A DNA stretch of 15,953 nt from NCBI RefSeq assembly GCF_006345805.1, contig NW_021825331.1:1-15953 (forward strand), given 5' to 3'. Every line of letters starts with the position of its first letter. Position 1 is the first letter of the stretch. Positions 1-9,500 of the stretch are shown here, one piece after another. A program made the position numbers and the translations under genes. Below the pieces are notes generated by a model. The model was not told the DNA's origin. It did no database searches and saw only the letters and a program-made list of their open reading frames with translations. The DNA is from Octopus sinensis (taxonomy: Eukaryota).

Positions 1-145
1 TGGACAGTTGCATGGAGACTAAAAAAACGAACGAACGCGTGGCCAGCAGAAGGGAAACAGCAGGCTGGAATCCATTCCCACAGCCATGAACAAAGCCTTA
101 AACTCAGTTCATACAGCCGTGGATAAAGTCTGGCTGGCTCCTGTG

Positions 146-245
146 CAGACAATTCGTCGACAGACAATTCGCCGACAGACAATTCGTCGACAGATAATTC
201 ACCGACAGACAATTCGTCGACAGATAATTCACCGACAGACAATTC
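146..245 (+). repeat. 15-bp minisatellite with 30-bp alternation
   Basis: Units start at 146, 161, 176, 191, 206, 221 and 236 (partial). Unit ends alternate GTCGA with GCCGA/ACCGA. Confidence 0.95.
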
Positions 246-374
246 CCACATAGCCTCAGACTCGACACGGAGGCCTACATCAAGAGCCTGGAAGAGGTTG
301 TGCTGCCCTTGGTCAAGAGGGTGGCTGCTGGAACACCCTATGTCTGGCAGCAGGACCCTGCACCATACCACACA
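243..374 (+). pseudogene. Tc1/mariner transposase fragment (second catalytic Asp region)
   Basis: Stop-free translation FPHSLRLDTEAYIKSLEEVVLPLVKRVAAGTPYVWQQDPAPYHT. The Y..LE.V.LP and QQD.AP.H motifs are typical of IS630-Tc1-mariner catalytic domains. Confidence 0.85.
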
Positions 375-439
375 ATTGTCATGTCTGTAAGTTGTCTGTC
401 GGCCAACCGTCTGTCGACGAATTGTCCGTCTACCAGCCG

Positions 440-660
440 GATAGTGTAGCTACGGGAGGGCCATATGTGTAGCAGCAGAATCTGGATCATCGGCATACCT
501 CCAGAAAGAGTCTCCTACTTCACTAGCCCAATTTCTGACCTCCTAATTCCTCTATTTGTAATCCCATCGATTATTATGTGTGGGGTGCGGTTGAGAAAGA
601 TACCGACCGCTCTGTCTGCGACACCAAAGACATTTTGGTGACCAGGATGAACGAAGTGAC
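440..660 (+). pseudogene. Second, more decayed Tc1/mariner transposase fragment (C-terminal catalytic region, maT/DD37D-like motif)
   Basis: One frame with three stops: DSVATGGPYV*QQNLDHRHTSRKSLLLH*PNF*PPNSSICNPIDYYVWGAVEKDTDRSVCDTKDILVTRM. This matches the WPPNSPDxNPxDY.VWG motif. Subfamily assignment is from motif memory only. Confidence 0.8.
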
Positions 661-682
661 CAAAATCAAGAATGTTATACAG

Positions 683-686
<4 letters not shown>

Positions 687-713
<27 letters not shown>

Positions 714-722
714 TGTGTTGTG

Positions 723-756
<34 letters not shown>
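687..756. repeat. (TA)n then (TG)n microsatellite
   Basis: Direct reading. Confidence 0.95.
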
Positions 757-758
<2 letters not shown>

Positions 759-774
759 ACGTCTGCGCGTTTAT

Positions 775-915
775 GTTTCTTCTCCCCCTTTGCTTGACAA
801 TCGTTGTTGGTTTGTTTGCGTGCCTGGCTTGATTCGTTCGACAAAAAAATTATCTAGGTTGTGCCCAAGCATGGCCGTAGCCTCGTGGCCGAGTCAAATG
901 AAAGATAAACGATAA
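775..915 (+). mobile_element. Probable decayed 3' half of a cephalopod CORE-type SINE
   Basis: GCTTGACAATCG..TGTTGGT..GTTTGCGT..., CCCAAGCATGGCCGTAG...GTCAAATGA..AAAGATAAA, directly after a (GT)n tract. Resembles a recalled octopus SINE tail; not verified. Confidence 0.4.
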
Positions 916-1094
916 AAGACATTACACTCTTCTAATAGTTCCGTATTACCTTAATAAACAATCTTAGTATTTCTACCTATATAAGAAATCCATATATATA
1001 TATAAATAAGGACAATATCGATATTTAAATATCGGTATTATCAAGTGACCAGCATGGGAAAAAAAATACCATACAAAGGTAATACTTTTTTTAC

Positions 1095-1279
1095 AACTAA
1101 AAATAAGGGTGTCTGAGAGACACCACCATGCCGAAATAGCAGTCAAAACCCTGACTCTAAGAACTACGTTAAATGTTATCTCATGGTGCGATATGTACAT
1201 TTACCGTGTTCTTAGAGTCAGGGTTTTGACTGCTATTTCGGCATGGTGGTGTTCTCAGCAGACACCCTTATTTTTAGTT
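1095..1279. mobile_element. 185-bp near-perfect palindrome (hairpin MITE-like)
   Basis: Arm 1095-1164 (AACTAAAAATAAGGGTGTCTG...CTCTAAGAAC) is the reverse complement of 1208-1279 apart from one small indel/mismatch patch. The spacer also pairs partly (ACGTTAAATGT with ACATTTACCGT). The right end abuts (TA)n. Confidence 0.8.
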
Positions 1280-1480
1280 ATATATATATATTATATATAT
1301 ATATATAGGGAACGTAATTTTCCCTCCAAAATTCTGCCATGCGCGCCTTCTGGAAAACCACAGGAAAATTATATATATATATATATAAGCATAACAAATG
1401 CGCAACCGGTAAAAGAACTTTCACCTAATTAAATACACTCTCCCTTACTTAAATTATTTTGTCAGCATTTTCTTCATTTC

Positions 1481-1515
<35 letters not shown>

Positions 1516-1837
1516 TAATGTAATTAAGTTCGATACCTATTTTATTTCTGTAACGATTAAATATTAGTCATAACTAAGTGACAAGGTAATACAGTAATAT
1601 TTCTTTGTATTATTGTTGTGGTTGCTTTATTTCCCCCCCCCCCTCGCAAAGTGCAGACAAGTCGACAAACGGGAAACGGCAGAATACATAAATATATTCT
1701 GTATCTAAGTAATATGCGTCTCAGTATCACAGCTAATATCCTCATTTTCATACTCCAGCAAATTTGACATTCTTGTGCAATGCACTCCTGATACAGAAAG
1801 ATGAAGGATTATTTTTATAATGATGTTTATACATACA

Positions 1838-1840
<3 letters not shown>

Positions 1841-1897
<57 letters not shown>

Positions 1898-1910
1898 CAT
1901 ATATATAATA

Positions 1911-1968
<58 letters not shown>
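1841..1968. repeat. Long interrupted (TA)n microsatellite
   Basis: Direct reading. Confidence 0.95.
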
Positions 1969-1971
<3 letters not shown>

Positions 1972-2117
1972 TCATTGGTATTCACAGAGATGCATACTTA
2001 CGTATTGAAGTGAAGTATGAGTATGCATGTATGTTTATGCATGTATATATATATATACATCTGCATATTTTTATATGATTATATGCATAAGTATCTATCT
2101 ATCTATCTACCTCATCT

Positions 2118-2130
2118 GTCTCTCTCTCTC

Positions 2131-2195
<65 letters not shown>

Positions 2196-2203
2196 TATAT
2201 ATA
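2118..2203. repeat. (CT)n-(TA)n compound microsatellite
   Basis: Direct reading. Confidence 0.95.
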
Positions 2204-2707
2204 TGTATGTATGTATAAAACTGTCTGTATATCTATCTATTTATATCGGTATATATAAACATGTTATACATACATAAAACGTATGTACATATGTGTATAC
2301 TCGCATTTCTGTGTGTGTGTGTGTGTGCATTTTATACACTGGCCTTATCGTATCAAGTGACAACATGCCTATTACCTTATCTTATTTCCTAATCAAATGA
2401 TTGATAATTATCATATAGTATATAGTGAACAGACTGAATGGCTGAGCGAAACAGATTCCTGACAATTGCAAGCGAGTGTCTGTCAGTCATTTGGACAATT
2501 TGATATGTCCAGTTTCCCAATATCTTCAAATCTACACACAAGATTTACATTCTACACCCAACCAAATACAACCTATTCTCCTGTTTAAACCCCATACCGA
2601 ACCCCGGTTGTTTTGGCCAACATCCTCTCAGACAAAATATTTTCCATCAGCATCATCCGCAAGCCCAATGTCATCGGTATGGCAGAAGCAAAGGCAACAA
2701 GAACAGG

Positions 2708-3023
2708 CACCATCACCACCACCACCACAACCAATGCAGACCCACCATTGCAGCCACCATAGTAGCCATCGCCACCACAAACACTATTGTAAATATCAAC
2801 ACCAACACCATCACTACCACCACAACTACCACCACACCTACTACCATCACCACCATCACAAAACAACATCAACACCACCACCATCACCATTGCAGCCACC
2901 ACCAATAACACCACAACTCCCACCACTACCATCGCTATCACCACTACCTCCACCACAAACACTACCATCACCATTGCAGCCGCCACCAATACCAACACCA
3001 TCACTTCCACACCACAACCACCA
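2708..3023. repeat. Degenerate (CAC/CAT/AAC)n trinucleotide tract
   Basis: ACC/ATC-rich tract with three copies of CCATTGCAGCC (about 2745, 2887, 2971), indicating internal duplications. Confidence 0.85.
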
Positions 3024-3321
3024 CGAGGTCAACTTTGCCTTTCATCCTTTCGGGGTCGATAAATTAAGTACCAGTTACGCACTGGGGTCGATGTAATTGA
3101 CTTGATCCTTTCGTCTGTCCTTGTTTGTCCTCTCTGTGTTTAGCCCCTTGTGGGTAGTAAAGAAATAGGTATTTAGTCTGCCGTTACTTACGTTCTGAGT
3201 TCAAATTCCGTCGAGGTCGTCTTTGCCTTTCATCCTTTCGGGGACGATAAATTCAGTACCAGTTGCGTACAGGGGTCGATCTTATCGACTGGCTCCCTTC
3301 CTTGTGCCTAGAGTAGAAAGA
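3024..3321 (+). mobile_element. 5'-truncated dimeric copy of the tRNA-derived SINE
   Basis: The body starts at CGAGGTCAAC, passes the junction GTAGTAAAGAAATA|GGTATTT, continues through a second B box (GAGTTCAAATTCC), and ends in the alternative tail GTTGCGTAC...TGTGCCTAGAGTAGAAAGA. Confidence 0.9.
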
Positions 3322-3440
3322 ACAATAATGATAACATTATCAACACCACTAACCTCTCAAACATCACTCACACCTTAATCTGTACATCGTTCTGCTTCAA
3401 CACATTCACACGCGTGAACGCACACCTGAGCATATATATA

Positions 3441-3445
3441 TGTGT

Positions 3446-3477
<32 letters not shown>

Positions 3478-3547
3478 TTGTATGTGTGTGTGTGGTGTGT
3501 GTGTGTGTGTGTGTGTGTGGTGGTGTGTGTGTGTTGTGTGTGTGTGT
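3441..3547. repeat. (GT)n microsatellite
   Basis: Direct reading. Confidence 0.95.
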
Positions 3548-3599
3548 AAAAGCAAACAAACTAGTTGATGTAGAGATTAACTTTACTGTTTTAAGTAAA

Positions 3600-3745
3600 G
3601 GCGGATTGTTTTAAGTTTCCGTCTAACAAATCAAGACCAAGTAATTTGGTCGGCCCAGGGCTAAAGAAGGCACTTGCCCTAGGGACGCACAGTGGGACTG
3701 AACCTGGACAGAACCAAAACCTAGGAAGCATACTTCTTGTCACAC
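3600..3745 (-). mobile_element. Diverged 5' part of a second tRNA-derived (CORE-type) SINE family
   Basis: Aligns by eye with 5071-5217 (GTTTCC.TCTA.CAAAT, TTTGGTCGGCCC..GGCTA, CACTTG.CC). The minus strand reads GGTTCAGTCCC, which is B-box-like. Confidence 0.65.
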
Positions 3746-3973
3746 ATCTGAGCCTCCTTGGTAAATCGTTTCAATAATAATAATAAAATACAGCAAAATA
3801 TTCTGCTCAATACCACAGATTTTCTTAGCTGTTGTTGGAGAGTGTGTAGACATGTTTGTGTGTGTATGTACATGTGAATGTATGTTTATGTAAAGATATG
3901 TGTCAGTTCAAGTTGTATACATGACTGTTACCTTGTTGAAGGTTGTATATATACACACATATACATTTATATA

Positions 3974-4012
<39 letters not shown>

Positions 4013-4442
4013 TTGTGTATGTATGTATGGGTATATATATATATATGCGTATGTGTGTGTATACGTATATGTATATATGTATGTATATATGTATATGTAT
4101 ATATGTATGTAGAAATGGATAAGCGTATATTTATGTATACTTTAAGATTATATGTATATTTGTGAGTATATGTAAGTGTCTATATGATTGTGTGTACTTG
4201 TATATATGTATAAGGTTATATGCGCATATATGTATCTAAGACGTTGTATCCATTCACCGTTAGACGATGGTGAGAGAGAGAAACGCACACACACATATAT
4301 ATATGTGTGTGTCTATATAAATGTATATGTGTGTATATATACAACCTTCAACAAGGTAACAGTCATGTATATAACTTGAACTGACACATATCAGTACATA
4401 AACATACGTTCATATGTACATACACACACAAACACGGCTAGA

Positions 4443-4457
4443 TACATACATACATTC

Positions 4458-4488
<31 letters not shown>

Positions 4489-4700
4489 CATACATACATA
4501 CATACATACATGCATGCATGCATGCATACATACATACATGCATGCATACATACATACATACATACATACATACATACATACATACATACATACATACACA
4601 CATACATACATACATACATACATACATACATACATACAAACACACATACATAAATACATACATACATACATACATACATACACACATACATACATACATA
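4443..4700. repeat. (TACA)n tetranucleotide microsatellite with a TGCA patch
   Basis: Direct reading; TGCA variants at about 4510-4545. Confidence 0.97.
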
Positions 4701-4711
4701 TATATCATGAA

Positions 4712-4799
4712 CTAACTGTTACTTTCTCAGATGCAGCACGAAGTTTTGTCAGTGAACAGGTCGCGGTCTGAAAGCGACGAAAATATTTTGACAAATTAA
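4712..4799 (+). other. Candidate 3' splice acceptor and short terminal exon
   Basis: CTAAC (4712-4716), then TGTTACTTTCTCAG|, with the exon starting at 4731. Frames read MQHEVLSVNRSRSESDENILTN* or (D)AARSFVSEQVAV*. No recognised homology. Confidence 0.25.
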
Positions 4800-5070
4800 A
4801 CTTAAATGTTGAAGTGAATCGAACGGCCTTTGTGTGTTTCTTAAAATGGCTTATAAAAACCTTCCACGCTGCAATTGTTTTCGTTCCAGCACACGATCTC
4901 AGATCACGTCACTTGCTATGCAAGTACATCTCCGTTTTATTTATATTTCCTGAGCGCCATACTAATACAATTATTCGTTTGTTTTCCACCTGCCTTCGTC
5001 TTTTGTCTATTTTCATAAAGCTTCCCGTTATATATATATATATATATAGATATATATATATATATATATA

Positions 5071-5217
5071 TACGACGGGCTTCTTTCGGTTTCCATCTAC
5101 CAAATTCACTCACAATGCTTTGGTCGGCCCGAGGCTATAGTAGACAACACTTGACCAATGTGCCATGCAGTTGGAATGAATCTGGAATCATGCGGTTTGA
5201 AAGCAAGATTTTTACCA
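5071..5217 (-). mobile_element. 5' part of a CORE-type tRNA-derived SINE
   Basis: The minus strand reads TGGTAAAAATCTTGCTTTC...GATTCCAGATTCATTCCAACTGCATGGCACATTGGTCAAGTGT...: a tRNA-like head followed by a decayed CCTTGGGCAAGT CORE-like motif, running into (TA)n. Confidence 0.7.
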
Positions 5218-5349
5218 TATATATATATATATAGATATAGATATAGATACACACACCACGCACACGCACACAGAAACACAGACACACACGCACACATTAA
5301 CACTGCCATGTTTACTAACTCTGTGTGTGTGTATGTGTGTGTGTGTGTA

Positions 5350-5380
<31 letters not shown>

Positions 5381-6084
5381 TTGTATCTATTTATGTATGT
5401 ATATGTATATATACATATATATGTAGACGAGTGTGTGTGCATGCATATATACGCAAAGAAACGGCTATACGCACAAACGTCCACATGTATATGTTTATTA
5501 TCTATACGTAAAATTCTTCACGCAGTCCATTCTTATATGTCTAAAATTATACACTAAATGTCTACGGAGTAGGCAAACTGGCAGAAGGAGAACACTAAAA
5601 TAAATTCGTATTTTATTGAAAAAAAATCCTCAAGTAATAATAACATTTAATAAACGTCGTCAAATCTGCAAATTCATTGGATAAGCAAGAGACAGTAAAA
5701 GTATCCAAATCTAACATGTGACAAGCATAACGTTATTTCAAACTTGAAACGACGAGAGTTCATTTTATCTTAGTCAGTCAGAACGTGGGTTTTTTTTCTT
5801 TACTATTTGGGGGGATCATAAACAATAAACTATGAGAATAAAACGTATTTGAATTAATGGCATACAGGATTAAACGCATTTAGCCACCTCTGCGACAAGT
5901 CGGTACGTTCGTTACCACAAACACATGAAAAGTTCCACAAGACAAAAACAAAAACAAAAACAAAACAAAACAAACAAAAAAAAACAGTATACACCATTAA
6001 AAGCAATTTGCTTCTAAGCATTGTTGGTCGGCACCAAACATAGCCATAACATTTCCTATTTGAATCGTGAGTTTCTGTGTGCAA

Positions 6085-6085
<1 letters not shown>

Positions 6086-6157
<72 letters not shown>

Positions 6158-6225
6158 TGTTGTATGTATGTATGTATGTATGTATGTATGTATGTATGTA
6201 TGTATGTATGTATGTATGTATGTAT
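6086..6225. repeat. (TA)n-(GTAT)n compound microsatellite
   Basis: Direct reading. Confidence 0.97.
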
Positions 6226-6579
6226 GTGTTTGTCTGCCTGTATATATATATATTGTTATACGTCTCTATGTAAAATATAGATTATTCTTTTTACGATGTA
6301 TAAATGTGCATATATACATACGCACAAACAGGCAGACAAACACACACAAAGATACATATACATACATTCACAGATACACAGACACACACACATATGTATA
6401 TACCTACAATGTATGATTTCGTGTGTGTTCGCGCGCGCGCGTGTCAGTACAAGTACATGTGTATGAATGTATGTGTGTATGCGTATCTGTTAGTGTATGC
6501 ATATCAGAGTGGCTACTGTGTGTCGTCAATGTGTGTGAATGATCTTTAGATGTCATTCATTATTTTATAATTGTTAGAA

Positions 6580-9500
6580 AGCGGCGAACAGGCAGAATGG
6601 TTAGCACGCCGGGCGAAATGCTTTGTGATATTTCGTCTGCCGCTACGTTCTGAGTTCAAATTCCGCCGAGGTCAACTTTGCCTTTCATCCTTTCGGAGTC
6701 GATTAAATTAGTACCAGTTACGCACTGGGGTCGACATAATCGACTTAATCCGTTTGTCTGTCCTTATTTGTCCTGTCTGTGTTTAGCCCCTTGTTGGTAG
6801 TAAAGAAATAGGTATTTCGTTCACCGTTACGTTCTGAGTTCAAATTCTGCCGAGGTCGTCTTTGTCTTTCATCCTTTCAGGGTCGATAAATTAAGTACCA
6901 GTTACGCACTGGGGTCGATATAATCGTCTTAATCCCTTTGTCTGTGCTTGTTTGTCCCCTCTATGTTTAATCCCTTGTGGGGCAATAAAGAAATAAGAAA
7001 CGTTAGCACGCTAGGCGAAATGCTTAACGTTGTTTCGTCTGTCTTTACGTTTTGAGTCAAATTCGGCCGAGGTCGACTTTGCCTATCATCTTTTCGGGGT
7101 CGATAAATTTAGTACCAGTTACGCACTGGGGTCGATGTGATCGACTTGATCCGATTGTCTGTCCTTGTTTGTCCTCTCTGTGTTTAGCCCCTTGTGGGAA
7201 GTAAAGAAATAGGTATTTCGTCTACCGTTACTTACGTTCTGAGTTCAAATTCCGCCGAGGTCGACTTGCCTTTCATCCTTTCGGGGTCGATAATTAAGTA
7301 CCAGTTAAGCACTGGGGTCGATGTAATCATCTTAATCTCTTTGTCTGTCCTGTATGTCCCCTCTGTGTTTAGCCTCTTGTGTGCAATAAAGAAATAAGAA
7401 ACGTTAGCACGATAGGCGAAATGCTTAACGTTGTTTCGTCTGTCGTTACGTTTTGAGTTCAAATTCGGCCGAGGTCGACTTTGCCTATCATCTTTTCGGG
7501 GTCGATAAATTTAGTACTAGTTACGCACTGGGGTCGATGTGATCGACTTGATCCGATTGTCTGTCCTTGTTTGTCCTCTCTGTGTTTAGCCCCTTGTGGG
7601 AAGTAAAGAAATAGGTATTTCGTCTACCGTTACTTACGTTCTGAGTTCAAATTCCGCCGAGGTCGACTTTGCCTTTCATCCTTTCGGGGTCGATAAATTA
7701 AGTACCAGTTAAGCACTGGGGTCGATGTAATCATCTTATCTCTTTGTCTGTCCTTGTATGTCCCCTCTGTGTTTAGCCTCTTGTGAGCAATAAAGAAATA
7801 AGAAACGTTAGCACGCTAGGCGATATGCTTAACGTTGTTCGTCTGTCTTTACGTTTTGAGTTCAAATTCGGCCGAGGTCGACTTTGCCTATCATCTTTTC
7901 GGGGTCGATAAATTTAGTACCAGTTACACACTGGGGTCGATGTGATCGACTTGATCCGATTGTCTGTCCTTGTTTGTCCTCTCTGTGTTTAGCCCCTTGT
8001 GGGAATAAAGAAATAGGTATTTCGTCTACCGTTACTTACGTTCTGAGTTCAAATTCCGCCGAGGTCGACTTTGCCTTTCATCCTTTCGGGGTCGATAATT
8101 AAGTACCAGTTAAGCACTGGGGTCGATGTAATCATCTTAATCTCTTTGTCTGTCTTGTATGTCCCCTCTGGTTTAGCCTCTTGTGAGCAATAAAGAAATA
8201 AGAAACGTTAGCACGCTAGGCGAAATGCTTAACGTTGTTTCGTCTGTCTTTACGTTTTGAGTTCAAATTCGGCCGAGGTCGACTTTGCCTATCATCTTTT
8301 CGGGGTCGATAAATTTAGTACCAGTTACACACTGGGGTCGATGTGATCGACTTGATCCGATTGTCTGTCCTTGTTTGTCCTCTCTGTGTTTAGCCCCTTG
8401 TGGGAAGTAAAGAAATAGGTATTTCGTCTACCGTTACTTACGTTCTGAGTTCAAATTCCGCCGAGGTCGACTTTGCCTTTCATCCTTTCGGGGTCGATAA
8501 ATTAAGTACCAGTTAAGCACTGGGGTCGATGTAATCATCTTAATCTCTTTGTCTGTCCTTGTATGTCCCCTCTGTGTTTAGCCTCTTGTGAGCAATAAAG
8601 AATAAGAAACGTTAGCACGCTAGGCGAAATGCTTAACGTTGTTTCGTCTGTCTTTACGTTTTGAGTTCAAATTCGGTCGAGGTCGACTTTGCCTTTCATC
8701 CTTCGGGGTCGATAAATAAGTACCAGTTAAGCACTGGGGTCGATGTAATCATCTTAATCTCTTTGTCTGTCCTTGTATGTCCCCTCTGTGTTTAGCCTCT
8801 TGTGAGCAATAAAGAAATAGAAACGTTAGCACGCTAGGCGAAATGCTTAACGTTGTTTCGTCTGTCGTTACGTTTTGAGTTCAATTCGGCCGAGGTCGAC
8901 TTTGCCTATCATCTTTTCGGGGTCGATAAATTTAGTACCAGTTACGCACTGGGGTCGATGTGATCGACTTGATCCGATTGTCTGTCCTTGTTTGTCCTCT
9001 CTGTGTTTAGCCCCTTGTGGGAAGTAAAGAAATAGGTATTTCGTCTACCGTTACTTACGTTCTGAGTTCAAATTCCGCCGAGGTCGACTTTGCCTTCATC
9101 CTTTCGGGGTCGATAAATTAAGTACCAGTTAAGCACTGGGGTCGATGTAATCATCTTAATCTCTTTGTCTGTCCTTGTATGTCCCCTCTGTGTTTAGCCT
9201 CTTGTGAGCAATAAAGAAATAAGAAACGTTAGCACGCTGGGCGAAATGCTTAACGTTGTTTCGTCTGTCTTTACGTTTTGAGTTCAAATTCGGCCGAGGT
9301 CGACTTTGCCTATCATCTTTTCGGGGTCGATAAATTTAGTACCAGTTACGCACTGGGGTCGATGTGATCGACTTGATCCGATTGTCTGTCCTTGTTTGTC
9401 CTCTCTGTGTTTAGCCCCTTGTGGGAAGTAAAGAAATAGGTATTTCGTCTACCGTTACTTACGTTCTGAGTTCAAATTCCGCCGAGGTCGACTTTGCCTT

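Larger units (their letters stand above)
132..438. mobile_element. Foldback/MITE-like structure with inverted arms of 15-bp modules enclosing a transposase fragment
   Basis: Left arm: GGCTGG at 132-137, then about 6.7 copies of CAGA(C/T)AATTC(G/A)(T/C)CGA at 146-245. Right arm 374-438 is the degenerate reverse complement (TCTGTCGACGAATTGTCCGTC at 410-430, ending CCAGCC at 433-438). No TSD seen. Confidence 0.55.

Noticed and set aside
1014-1034. Overlapping palindromes AATATCGATATT and CGATATTTAAATATCG
   Set aside because: Short and AT-rich, with no supporting context.
2476-3096. 206-aa His/Pro-rich ORF and the overlapping minus-strand ORF 2585-3010
   Set aside because: It has a GTG start, most of its length comes from a degenerate CAC/ACC tract that is open in several frames, and it ends inside a SINE.
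4391-4771. MYVC/HTYI repeat ORFs, and similar YI, CV and HT ORFs across the window
   Set aside because: These are translations of di- and tetranucleotide microsatellites on both strands.
5590-5855. Cluster of AATAAA polyadenylation signals
   Set aside because: Expected by chance at this AT content, and there is no confirmed transcript.
7194-8102. Short ORFs inside the SINE array
   Set aside because: They are non-coding SINE sequence, and the frames are broken in equivalent units by single-base indels.
7054-9120. Scattered 1-bp deletions in array units as biological variation
   Set aside because: Most fall in short homopolymers and are private to one unit, which is the pattern of long-read consensus error. 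They were not used as evidence.
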